A program made the translations under genes and the position numbers. From positions 1 through 64,000 of IMG/VR virus record IMGVR_UViG_3300021962_008382: a DNA stretch of 64,000 bases; one strand, given 5' to 3'. Of this stretch, positions 18,590 through 27,904 are shown in pieces. Below the pieces are notes generated by a model. That model did no database searches. It worked only from the letters and a program-made list of their open reading frames with translations, and was not told where the DNA came from. This DNA is from a virus. The number at the start of each line of letters is the position of its first letter. Within the stretch, counting starts at the first letter, position 1.

Positions 18590-19807
18590 CTAAACTTCTT
18601 GAAAAGGCCCGGTGCTATCTGCAAAAGATTCGATGGGAATACCAGCTTTAACAAGCATAGTGTGTATCAGATTTGCATGAGGTGTATTTTGAGGATACGC
18701 TAAATGTTGATTACCCCTTATACCTCCAGCTTTACCTATTAGAACACTTGGAAGCGGGTCATTATTATGCATATCGCTATTACTCATATTACTACCAAAA
18801 AGAATAATAGTATTATCAAGTAATCCAGCAGATTTAAGTCTATTGGCAAATTTTACAACTCTTTCCGTTTGCCATCTTTGTAGTCTTACCAGTTGCTCGT
18901 ATTTTTCTTCTTTTTGCTGATGGTGGCTGAGAGGATGAAAAGCTTCCTCAATACCTAAATTACTAAAGACTCTCATGCTAGCTTCTCGAACCATACGCAT
19001 TGAAGCTATACGAGTCTGTCCTGTTTGAAAAGCTAAAGTCATCATTTCGAACTGTATATCTAACAGCTCTTGAAAATCATCCGGAGGACCGATAGGTGCT
19101 TCTGGAACAGAATTTAAATTAGCTGCAGAAGATTCGAGCGCTCCTATGCGTTTTTCTATATCTCGAACACTAGTTAGATATTCATCTACTTTTAATCTAT
19201 CGCTGCTGTCTAGTTTTTTATTTAACTGCTGAGTTGATTCTAATACATAGTCTAATAGACTTGATTTTTGTTGCAATATAGAGATTCTATCTTCGTAATT
19301 ATCACCATCACCAAACATTGTGTAATATACTTTACGGGGATTACCTTCTAGTGGAAGTGGTACGTTTCCATCTCGATAATTTAAAGACCCACCAGGTTCA
19401 CCACACAGCTCTATAGATGATAGAGGTGTAGAGCCGGAAAAATGCTTAGCAGCTATCTGATCTGCACTCACTGATCTTTGATCTGGTGCAACACATGTCA
19501 GCCAAGTTTCTTCAATGATACCATGTGGATTAGTACTCTCACCACCTTTGTTTCTTAAACCGCTTACCACAGTGGTATATTCGCGAAGTTCTTCTAATGG
19601 TTGCAGTATAGGAGAAAATTTAAAATTAGACCCTGTTTGTTCAGGAGTCCAGTACTTCATTACTGCCCCGTGCGGAAAATAAACATAGGCGAGGTTAGAC
19701 TGAACAGGTGCATTACCATAAGCTCCTGGTATCATTGCATCTAACAGGGGCAGGCTTAATGTATAACCAGCCCCTCTTAGAACAGTACGCCTACTCAATG
19801 GTTTCAT
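18590..19807 (-). CDS. DUF1552 (HXXSHH) family protein with Tat signal
   Basis: LSRRTVLRG Tat motif, YFPHG, FHPLSHH, LLDNTIILFGSNMSNSDMH. Confidence 0.9.
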   Translation of the reverse strand: MKPLSRRTVLRGAGYTLSLPLLDAMIPGAYGNAPVQSNLAYVYFPHGAVMKYWTPEQTGSNFKFSPILQPLEELREYTTVVSGLRNKGGESTNPHGIIEETWLTCVAPDQRSVSADQIAAKHFSGSTPLSSIELCGEPGGSLNYRDGNVPLPLEGNPRKVYYTMFGDGDNYEDRISILQQKSSLLDYVLESTQQLNKKLDSSDRLKVDEYLTSVRDIEKRIGALESSAANLNSVPEAPIGPPDDFQELLDIQFEMMTLAFQTGQTRIASMRMVREASMRVFSNLGIEEAFHPLSHHQQKEEKYEQLVRLQRWQTERVVKFANRLKSAGLLDNTIILFGSNMSNSDMHNNDPLPSVLIGKAGGIRGNQHLAYPQNTPHANLIHTMLVKAGIPIESFADSTGPFQEV

Positions 19808-21213
19808 GTTTCTATAAGCCCGGTTGATTCTAACCTACTATCACCAAATCTTTTACCGTCAAATACTTCATCGTGAACTTTCCCAGTCTCCTCAATTTTT
19901 TCTGAATATAGAAGAGTGTTTTGTGGTATATCAAATATATTTAAAACATCGACAAGCATATCACAGTTAGTTACTGTTCTCTTTTCAAAAGCTAGGTGTC
20001 GATTACCTTTAAGCTTTTTTCCTGCGCCGCCTATAAATACAAGAGGTGTATCATAGTGTAAATGTTGATTGGGATTACCCATATTACTACCGTACATGAT
20101 TAAAGAATTATCTAATACAGTAGTACCATCAGTATCTTGCATCTCATTAAGTTTTATAGCTAAGCTAGCTACCATATCATTGTGGTAGCGGTTAATCTCT
20201 CCAAATTCTTTTATTCTAGACGGGTCTTCACCATGATGAGAACCCGAGTGAAAACCCAACGTAGGTACCTTGCTCATCGGGTATGTTCTGCCTGTTAAAT
20301 CTCGCGCCATCAGCATTGTACTAACTCTTGTGATATCACTTTGAAAAGCTAAAGACATAAGATCAGCCATAATATTGAAATGATCATGAAAATTATTGGG
20401 TATTCCTAAAGGCTTTTCCGGGGATTCAGCACCCATTTCATCCGATTTAGCTATTGCTAAATCTATTCTACGCTCAACTTCTCTTATATTAGTAAAGTAC
20501 TGATCAATTCTTTCAACATCAGGCTGCGATAAAGACTTTTCAAGTTTCTTTGTCTTATCCATCACACTGTCTAAAATACTTTGATCTCTTCTTCTATTTT
20601 TTAGTTGTATCTCTTTAGATGAGCCATAACCAAACATTCTCTCGTAAATAACTACCGGATTAAGTTCCATGGGATTAGGGCTCCACGGGTCTGACCAGCT
20701 TACGGTATTAGTATATACACATGAATAACCTTCTCCGCAGTTGCTTGATCCTGATCCTGGATCTTCCAAAGCTATTTGCATAGAAGGCATCAGACTGTTT
20801 TGCCCATGTATTTTTGCGATTACTTGATCAATGCTAGGCCCACAAATACCGCTCCCTGTGGTCTTGACAGGCTTAACCCCTGAAAAGAAACCTGCTGCTA
20901 CGAAGTGATCTGCCCCAGTAATACCAGGAGGATTATCACAGCTTTCGCTCCAAATACCAGATGTGATTACCATCTTATTTTTAATTTGCTCAAAACCCCC
21001 ATACAAGTAAGGAAGTTTTTCTAGTGTGGGACCTTGTGGTACCCAATAACCAGGAGCAGCTCCATGAGGTACAAATATGCCTACAAATCGCTGCGGAGGT
21101 TTAGGGGCTTCAGCAAAAGCGGGTATCATAGCAGAAAGGAAGGGTAGAGATACCCCTCCTAGCGCCCCTCTCAATACAGTTCGTCTATCTAACTTCTCTT
21201 TTGTAATAATCAT
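19804..21213 (-). CDS. DUF1552 (HXXSHH) family protein with Tat signal
   Basis: LDRRTVLRG, FVPHG, GYSCVYTNTVSW, FHSGSHH, LDNSLIMYGSNMGNPNQH. Confidence 0.92.
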   Translation of the reverse strand: MIITKEKLDRRTVLRGALGGVSLPFLSAMIPAFAEAPKPPQRFVGIFVPHGAAPGYWVPQGPTLEKLPYLYGGFEQIKNKMVITSGIWSESCDNPPGITGADHFVAAGFFSGVKPVKTTGSGICGPSIDQVIAKIHGQNSLMPSMQIALEDPGSGSSNCGEGYSCVYTNTVSWSDPWSPNPMELNPVVIYERMFGYGSSKEIQLKNRRRDQSILDSVMDKTKKLEKSLSQPDVERIDQYFTNIREVERRIDLAIAKSDEMGAESPEKPLGIPNNFHDHFNIMADLMSLAFQSDITRVSTMLMARDLTGRTYPMSKVPTLGFHSGSHHGEDPSRIKEFGEINRYHNDMVASLAIKLNEMQDTDGTTVLDNSLIMYGSNMGNPNQHLHYDTPLVFIGGAGKKLKGNRHLAFEKRTVTNCDMLVDVLNIFDIPQNTLLYSEKIEETGKVHDEVFDGKRFGDSRLESTGLIET

Positions 21214-21234
21214 TATAACCCCGTAATGAGATTA

Positions 21235-21549
21235 TTAGCTTCTCGACATGTATGCAGAAGATCCAAAGAAGGTAGCTACAACACCAGCTTGAGCAATATA
21301 GAACATACTAAGCAGATTATCTAATGCAGCAAGTCTTTCTACACTAATCATTGGGAAAAACAATGCAATGGTAAATACAACCATGGATAGCATAGCCACC
21401 CAGGCCATTTGTCTAAGCTGATCTTCTTTCTTATCTTTGTTTTCGATTTCAGCTAACCGTTCACCTCTAGACATTTCCTCGTCTGTAACTACACCATCAC
21501 CATCTGAGTCAAACTGATTGTATATTGAATTAGATTCTAACTTCTTCAT
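21235..21549 (-). CDS. EF-hand-like loop + 2-TM membrane protein
   Basis: DSDGDGVVTDEE loop, two hydrophobic helices. Confidence 0.7.
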   Translation of the reverse strand: MKKLESNSIYNQFDSDGDGVVTDEEMSRGERLAEIENKDKKEDQLRQMAWVAMLSMVVFTIALFFPMISVERLAALDNLLSMFYIAQAGVVATFFGSSAYMSRS

Positions 21550-21568
21550 ATATCCTCTTCTATTAAAG

Positions 21569-22084
21569 TTACTCTTCTGCTAAAGGATTTTCAAGTATTT
21601 GTTGTATTTTATCCTCTAGCTCATCCCTTGCTTCTCTCAACTGCGCATCAATCTCTCTCATACGATCATTTAATGTAGATTCCATTGCATACACATCGTT
21701 TCTTAGATCACGCTGTGTTACATTGGTGTTCTCGTCAATATTACGAACAAAAGCATCAACTGTATCTAGATCAGATCTTATTTCTTCAATGTCTGTTCTT
21801 GCTGAATCAAGTAATGTAGTTACAGTTTGAAACTGCTGTGCAACGTCTTCCTGTAATGCAGTAATTGATTCAGCTTGAACAGCCAGCTGCTGATTAATAC
21901 CTGACATATCTGGTGCTACATAGGTTGTAATTGCTTCTTCAGCGTCTAATAGACGTTGATATACCTCAAAACCACCCCAGAGTGCTCCACCTAGCGAACC
22001 CAATATTGGAACGAGCAACAGCATTTTGCTGCCTGTTAAACTCATTCCAGCAAATTCTATTTGAGCGCCATTCTCGTCACTCAT
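21569..22084 (-). CDS. Membrane-anchored coiled-coil protein
   Basis: N-terminal TM followed by heptad-rich sequence. Confidence 0.7.
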   Translation of the reverse strand: MSDENGAQIEFAGMSLTGSKMLLLVPILGSLGGALWGGFEVYQRLLDAEEAITTYVAPDMSGINQQLAVQAESITALQEDVAQQFQTVTTLLDSARTDIEEIRSDLDTVDAFVRNIDENTNVTQRDLRNDVYAMESTLNDRMREIDAQLREARDELEDKIQQILENPLAEE

Positions 22085-22102
22085 TTCTTTCTCCTGAAGA
22101 AC

Positions 22103-22384
22103 TTATGTTTTTATTTTCGATCTTGCTTTTTTAACACCTTTATCTACAGCATCTTTTACCTTAGTACCAGCAAGTTTCGCATCTTCTGTATTTACTACAC
22201 CATCTTTATTTAAGTCGGCTGTTGATTTAACCGTGTTAACGACTTTGTTAAGAGCATCCTTAGCGTCTTTTGAATCTACTACACCATCAGAATTAACATC
22301 TAATTTAGATGGGCTGCTAATGACGTAAATCAAGAAGCCAATAATTGCTACAACTACTAATATACCTAAGACTAAACTATCCAT
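22103..22384 (-). CDS. TM protein with two dockerin/EF-hand-like loops
   Basis: DVNSDGVVDSKD and DLNKDGVVNTED. Confidence 0.7.
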   Translation of the reverse strand: MDSLVLGILVVVAIIGFLIYVISSPSKLDVNSDGVVDSKDAKDALNKVVNTVKSTADLNKDGVVNTEDAKLAGTKVKDAVDKGVKKARSKIKT

Positions 22385-22446
22385 ACTTTTCTCCTATAAT
22401 ATTAAAGATACAACCCTGTATTTTTTACAGAGTATGCCAATATGTA

Positions 22447-24390
22447 TCATTTAAATTGCATTTCTACCATTTGTTCATGTTTATTATCTACCCCAATAAG
22501 TTGGAGCATACTATTTCTATCGTTTTGAACTTTATTATTTAAATAAAGATCTTTGCTTTTATAGAATTCTACATCTTGTAATGTACCACCGTATGTATCA
22601 AACCCGGGCCTATAAGCGATAAGCTGCAACGCGATCGCCTGTGCTTCTGGGTCCATTGACCCAATTCGATCTTGAGCCTGCTGTTCTATTTCTTCTTGAC
22701 TCATTGTCTGAATAGCGTTTTCTACTTTAGCTGTTTGTACTTGCTCTTCTTGAGCTGGTGGTTTAATATCGTACTTGCTAAAATTAGGAACCACGGTATT
22801 AAGTATTTCTGTAATAGTACCCCCTGTCGCCAATACCTGTTGCATACTATTGTTTGAGAATACTGTTGCAGCGTTATTATTGACTACAACTAGATCAATA
22901 AGTGGCTGACTAATTTCTAATAGTTCATTTTCTGCTGATTCTAAGGTATTATCATCTTCCAGATTTTGTTGTAGGCTGAATAGTGTCTGGTCTTGCTCGG
23001 TTGTTTCATATGTCGTACTCTGAGTATCACCAAATATTAGATTATTATCATTAACTGTTTCCGCTGCAGTTTTATCTTCTATAGTAGAATTATTTTCCTT
23101 ATTACCTTCTTCCTGCGATATTACTTGATCTGTTGTGTTAGATATTTCTTTAATTTCTGTTATAACATCAGCTGTATCAGATATCTCTTGAATGGGTTCT
23201 AATTTTATTTCCTCTTCTACTGTAGTTTCAGTTACTATTAGCATATCAGGATCTAGATTATCTGTTTCAACGGTGATATCATTAGAGGGTTCTACTAATG
23301 CAGATATATCAGCTATTCTAGATTCAGATGTAGGCTTAGCATTAGATTGCTCGATAGTTTGATTAATAGCCAGCGGGGTAGCAGTAGTAGGGGGTTGAGA
23401 TAAAGAATCTTCACTGGTAGAAGTTTCTACTATACTTAATATTAGCTTAAGTAAGGAAGAAGAAGGTGTATCTTTATTTACTTCTGCAATTTCTTCCTCA
23501 TTATCTACCTCCTCTTCAAATACTTCTTCCTCAGATTCTTCTTGAGCTGTCTCAATCGGCTCATCAATATCATCTATTATCTCTTCTTGCAAAGGTTCCT
23601 CGATATCAGCTATAAGCTCTTCTTCCTCAATAGGCTCTTCATCTTCCTGTTCTGGTTCATCAACGTCTGCTGCTAGAGACGCTTCTAAATAACCAGGGCA
23701 TTCTATACTCGAAAGTGGGTCCGTGCTGCATTGTAATTCTAGAAGTGCTTCTTGGAAATTGGGGCAAGAAGGAGACGAAAAGGGATCGTTTGCGCAAGGA
23801 TCAGGACCGTAGTTTAGACTAAAGGACATACTATTGACTTCTGGACCGTAGAACCCAGCCCAGAAGTTAGCATCTCTTCCTACAAAACCAACTCTCACAT
23901 TATCTAGTTCATAGATTCTGTAGGGGTCAGCGAACGTCTCTGTATAGTTAAAATTAGACCAATTAAATTGATATTGCAGGTCGTAGTTATAAGCCTCAAG
24001 CAGGGTGTTGCTGCTGTCATAGAAGTTAGCATATGCTCGTAAATAATCAGTTCTCCCGTCGTCCCAGCCGTTTCCGTTTTTCGCAGTGAAGCTAAAATTG
24101 AAACCTGTTATTATAATACTATTCCCTGCAGCATTTAACGCAGTCTGAATACTTATTAACTGATATAGATCGGCCAGCCCGTAAGAGAAATTAATGGAAT
24201 CGGGGGTAAAGGCCCCTACTGCTGGCAGGGGCCCACAATAACCAGGATCAGCGGCAGACCAACAAGTTAACGGTTCATTTATCATACCGTAACCGTTCCA
24301 CTCATTATAATCTAATAAATTTTGAGTGGAGTCTTGGCTTCTACAAATAGATGAAACCAATAGCAATAAGATTACAATAACACCCTTCAT
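22447..24390 (-). CDS. Large secreted acidic protein
   Basis: Signal peptide, aromatic-rich N-domain, CxxDPxxxxxCP repeats, long E/D/T-rich linker. Confidence 0.75.
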   Translation of the reverse strand: MKGVIVILLLLVSSICRSQDSTQNLLDYNEWNGYGMINEPLTCWSAADPGYCGPLPAVGAFTPDSINFSYGLADLYQLISIQTALNAAGNSIIITGFNFSFTAKNGNGWDDGRTDYLRAYANFYDSSNTLLEAYNYDLQYQFNWSNFNYTETFADPYRIYELDNVRVGFVGRDANFWAGFYGPEVNSMSFSLNYGPDPCANDPFSSPSCPNFQEALLELQCSTDPLSSIECPGYLEASLAADVDEPEQEDEEPIEEEELIADIEEPLQEEIIDDIDEPIETAQEESEEEVFEEEVDNEEEIAEVNKDTPSSSLLKLILSIVETSTSEDSLSQPPTTATPLAINQTIEQSNAKPTSESRIADISALVEPSNDITVETDNLDPDMLIVTETTVEEEIKLEPIQEISDTADVITEIKEISNTTDQVISQEEGNKENNSTIEDKTAAETVNDNNLIFGDTQSTTYETTEQDQTLFSLQQNLEDDNTLESAENELLEISQPLIDLVVVNNNAATVFSNNSMQQVLATGGTITEILNTVVPNFSKYDIKPPAQEEQVQTAKVENAIQTMSQEEIEQQAQDRIGSMDPEAQAIALQLIAYRPGFDTYGGTLQDVEFYKSKDLYLNNKVQNDRNSMLQLIGVDNKHEQMVEMQFK

Positions 24391-25634
24391 TTAGTTCTCG
24401 GCATGTTAGGTGTATCGGTAAGATCTCTATCTCTTCTTTCATTATAACCTGGAACTTCAGTTCTATTCTCTTCCCAGGCCTGGGATGCCTCATCTCCAAT
24501 AAGACCTTCATACGGGCAAGGTGTTCCAGCCATTTTCATAGCGGTCCACACACGCTCATCTTGACACATTAATGATACGGCTGCAACTCTCATACCCATG
24601 TCGTATAAGGTTTTGCTCAGCTTAATTCTTTCGCAATTTTCATCTGTAACAGATTTACCACCAGATATACCTAGAATTTGAGTTTGAACCCCGCCACTAA
24701 TTCCCGTAGTACATAAGTCTTGCGAATAGCTACTTCCAATACTAGGGGCAATGGCGCTCGGAGGTGGTGAGTTAATATCCTGTTCCATTCGCTGTACACT
24801 TTCGTTTCTAGTTATATTTTCATTATAGTTAGTGTTAGTATTATCAGAGACACTTGAGTTTTGATTTATGTTGGTATTACTATTTGTATTAGTGCTAGTA
24901 GTATTTTGATTAATAATACTTTCACTGGTGCTGGTGCTAGTGTTTTGATTTACATTTAAATTTTCACTTACTGAAGTACTATTATTATTGCTATTAATTA
25001 CACTGTTGCTATTGCTTGTGTTAACTGTCTGGTTAAAGTTATTGTTGGTGTTTGTGCTAGTATTATTGTTATTGTTTGTGCTTACCGATTGATTAAAATT
25101 ATTATTAGTATTTGTACTTGTACTAACGTTGTTATTGTTATTAGTATTTACAGACTGTGTATAGTTAAAATTATTATTAGTATTTGTACTTGTACTAACG
25201 TTGTTATTGTTATTAGTATTTACAGACTGAGTATAGTTGTTGTTAGTACTATCAATAACGCTAGTACTCGTGTTAATGTTATTGTTGTTATTAGTGTTTA
25301 CAGAAGTGCTTGTACTTATGTTATTGTTATTATTGGTGTTGGTATTAACAGATGTACTATTGTTGGTGTTAGTGTTATTATTTGTAGAGGTTGTAGTATT
25401 AATATTAGTATTAAGGTTAGTGTTATCGCTAGTACTAGTACTATTATTGGTATTAATATTAGTAGAGGTACTCGTTGATGTAGAAACCGAGTCGTTAATA
25501 TTGGTATTAGTAGCCGTAGAGGTAGTTGTACCTGTATACGTAGTATTAGTATCGTTGGTCGTATTTACAGTTGTGGTCTGAGCATGTACAAAAGAGGTCA
25601 TCAGAAACATAATAAGAAAATGAACTAACTTCAT
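24387..25634 (-). CDS. Secreted Asn/Thr-repeat protein with Cys-containing C-terminal domain
   Basis: Signal peptide, ~260 aa of N/T/S low complexity, then PPPSAIAP..DLC..CERIKL..MCQD..GTPCP. Confidence 0.8.
   Translation of the reverse strand: MKLVHFLIMFLMTSFVHAQTTTVNTTNDTNTTYTGTTTSTATNTNINDSVSTSTSTSTNINTNNSTSTSDNTNLNTNINTTTSTNNNTNTNNSTSVNTNTNNNNNISTSTSVNTNNNNNINTSTSVIDSTNNNYTQSVNTNNNNNVSTSTNTNNNFNYTQSVNTNNNNNVSTSTNTNNNFNQSVSTNNNNNTSTNTNNNFNQTVNTSNSNSVINSNNNSTSVSENLNVNQNTSTSTSESIINQNTTSTNTNSNTNINQNSSVSDNTNTNYNENITRNESVQRMEQDINSPPPSAIAPSIGSSYSQDLCTTGISGGVQTQILGISGGKSVTDENCERIKLSKTLYDMGMRVAAVSLMCQDERVWTAMKMAGTPCPYEGLIGDEASQAWEENRTEVPGYNERRDRDLTDTPNMPRTK
25093..25238. repeat. Near-perfect 72-bp tandem duplication in the N/T-rich gene
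   Basis: TTAAAATTATTATTAGTATTTGTACTTGTACTAACG... occurs at 25093 and 25165. Confidence 0.85.
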
Positions 25635-25654
25635 TTCCGCTCCGATGTTTTAAT

Positions 25655-26122
25655 TTATCTTATTAGGAGATTAAGGAAGAACACTAGAATTACAACAGTT
25701 GCTACACCTAAAAACCCTACAAATATCATATCCATCAGAAACTTATTTCTTTGGGCCTTTATTCTAGCTTGTTCTATCCTTGCTTCTCTTATATTTCTTC
25801 TTTCTCTCATCATATCTTCGTAAAATTGACCTTGACCGCTGTATATGAGAAATTCTCTTAGCTCTTTTTCCAGCTGAGCTGTCTTATACTTAGCAGCTGT
25901 AACTTCTAGAGCTTGAGCTTCTACACTTCTCCCGGTAAATAATTTCTTAACGAGAGGTACATTGCTGTTATACTGAGAAGCTTCGATTATCGATTCTTTA
26001 GCTTCAAAGAATCTCGAGAAATATCCGGCAACATCTTCAACCTCTCTACCTGCTTCTACAGCTTTTTTAATTCCGTTGAAGGCTGATACAGCCATATTCA
26101 TGGCTACTGCAATTTCAATCAT
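25655..26122 (-). CDS. Hypothetical protein with C-terminal TM
   Basis: MIEIAVAM..AFNGIKKAVEAGREVED; C-terminal hydrophobic helix; start placed at MIEIA. Confidence 0.7.
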   Translation of the reverse strand: MIEIAVAMNMAVSAFNGIKKAVEAGREVEDVAGYFSRFFEAKESIIEASQYNSNVPLVKKLFTGRSVEAQALEVTAAKYKTAQLEKELREFLIYSGQGQFYEDMMRERRNIREARIEQARIKAQRNKFLMDMIFVGFLGVATVVILVFFLNLLIR

Positions 26123-26230
26123 GATACCCCCCATGATATAGATCATGTATAGCTAAGGTTAGCAAATTGGGGATCATCAGAAACATAACAATGAAACTAA
26201 TCTTGTTCATTGCTGCCTCTATAGAGAATG

Positions 26231-26510
26231 TGCTGGTTGATTCTGTTGCCAAGTTCAACCAGCAAAACTCCGACTAATGCTTAAGCAGCAAGAGCCAGGT
26301 TATAAACGTCATCGTTTGCGTTTATTTTAAGTTTAGTTTTTACGTCTACTCTGACGATTCTCCACATGCCTTCAGTCGTCTGTCGAATCCAGAACAGCCC
26401 CATCAAATAACCTCTCAGCCGACCTTTCGGTATTCTACGGAGAGAGGCCATTTGGTGGAGCTGGGGGGAGTTGAACCCCCGTCCAAACTTCCTATTACAT
26501 GCTTCAACGA
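26231..26510 (-). ncRNA. ssrA: Circularly permuted (two-piece) tmRNA
   Basis: The acceptor piece GGACGGGGGTTCAACTCCCCCCAGCTCCACCA (ends 26453) precedes the coding piece that starts GGGGCTGTTCTGGATTCGAC (26401); G3.U70 pair; tag ANDDVYNLALAA* at 26319-26281; outer ends approximate. Confidence 0.92.
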
Positions 26511-26534
26511 ATACTATATAACCATTATTTATGG

Positions 26535-27545
26535 TTATGCTGGCTCCGGTACCCCTTCCGGTAGTGTTATAGATGATGGAATACCAATAAGATTCATAAA
26601 ATCACAGAACGTAAAGGTAATCCAATCTACTAACGCACTTAAACCTATTGCATTAAAGAAAGAAGTTACTAAATTCATCCATTCTTGAATAAGCTTCTTA
26701 GGAAATTCAACAGCAAAGTTTCTAAGCGATTCTACAATTCTATCTATAATTCTTTCAGGATTAGTAATTTTATCTCTTATCTCCCCACCTATCATAGTGA
26801 GTACGTTAAAACCAGCAATAGTTAAATTCTCTAGTTGTTGTATCTTTTCTTGAGCAGTAGTTTCAAGATTGCTAAGTATGGAATCTATTAACCCTGGTAT
26901 GTCAATCACAGTAAGTGTCGGCAAGGCAGGTAGACCTAAAGAGTTCCACGTACTTTGAAATGTAGATATAAGTGTTCCTAGCTTCTGATAAAGTAAGTTT
27001 AATAAACCACCGTTAATTAAACTTACAAAATTAGACCATGCAGCTTCTACCTTTAATGCTAAACTATCATAACCATACTTACCAGTAAACGACTGGAAGG
27101 AACTTTCAATGCTAGAAATAAAGGTATCTATATCTTCAGCTATTTGTGCTTTGAGGTTCTGCACATATTCTTTATCTGTAAAGATCTTCACGATATCAAC
27201 AGTAATACCTAGAACATTGATAGACAGTGTTACCGGAATTACAGTTGATATAATCTCAATCATTTTAGCCATTACATAACCGTGAAACTCTTGAACAACG
27301 CGGGTCATTTTTGCTTCCCACTCAAACTCCGGGCATTCAAAGTTAATATAAAAGGGATCTGAAGACCCCATCGGGAAGTTACCCAAGGCTGATTCAATAC
27401 TGTCGAGCAGTTGCTGAACTTTGAGCGCTTCCTCTTCTAGCCCCTGAATAATGAGCTCAGACGGCAGTCGCGCTAAATCAACAAACGTATTTACTAAATT
27501 AGCTTTAGTTGGGAAGAACGTTGCTTGGCAGATTGGTTGTTCCAT
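26535..27545 (-). CDS. Hypothetical protein (helical, possibly structural)
   Basis: 336-aa ORF; no motif recognised. Confidence 0.65.
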   Translation of the reverse strand: MEQPICQATFFPTKANLVNTFVDLARLPSELIIQGLEEEALKVQQLLDSIESALGNFPMGSSDPFYINFECPEFEWEAKMTRVVQEFHGYVMAKMIEIISTVIPVTLSINVLGITVDIVKIFTDKEYVQNLKAQIAEDIDTFISSIESSFQSFTGKYGYDSLALKVEAAWSNFVSLINGGLLNLLYQKLGTLISTFQSTWNSLGLPALPTLTVIDIPGLIDSILSNLETTAQEKIQQLENLTIAGFNVLTMIGGEIRDKITNPERIIDRIVESLRNFAVEFPKKLIQEWMNLVTSFFNAIGLSALVDWITFTFCDFMNLIGIPSSITLPEGVPEPA

Positions 27546-27699
27546 TTACTACTCTATAGTTGGGTTTGTTCCGGCTTGTGTTAATATCTATATTTTTATC
27601 CCGCACGCATATACCACACTTACTACCCACAATATTGATTAACTCAGGGTTCTTTTCCAAGTCTTTTTCTGAAATATTATTACACACACATACTATCAT
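27505..27699 (-). CDS. Bfd-like [2Fe-2S] protein
   Basis: MIVCVCNNISE...GSKCGIC four-Cys pattern. Confidence 0.75.
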   Translation of the reverse strand: MIVCVCNNISEKDLEKNPELINIVGSKCGICVRDKNIDINTSRNKPNYRVVNGTTNLPSNVLPN

Positions 27700-27902
27700 T
27701 TTACTTTTGAAAGTTTAAGCTCTTTACGGGCATAATATTCAAGCATCATACGCTGCATAGTACCTAAAGGATTAGCTGTACCAGGTACTTTAAATCTATA
27801 CGGGCTATTACCCCAGGTATTACTAAGTACAAAAGTATTAAAATGCTGACGATGCTCTTTTTTACTAACATCAAAAAATACTTCAGGTCTCATATTATCC
27901 AT
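27696..27902 (-). CDS. Hypothetical protein
   Basis: Coupled ORF. Confidence 0.6.
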   Translation of the reverse strand: MDNMRPEVFFDVSKKEHRQHFNTFVLSNTWGNSPYRFKVPGTANPLGTMQRMMLEYYARKELKLSKVK

Positions 27903-27904
27903 AT

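Noticed and set aside
25089-25581. Plus-strand hydrophobic ORFs (129 aa and 114 aa)
   Set aside because: Antisense shadows of the Asn/Thr codon repeats of 24387-25634
26452-26688. Plus-strand ORF MVELGGVEPP; also a possible stand-alone tRNA-Ala fragment or attachment site
   Set aside because: It is the complement of the tmRNA acceptor piece, which pairs with the coding piece 50 nt away
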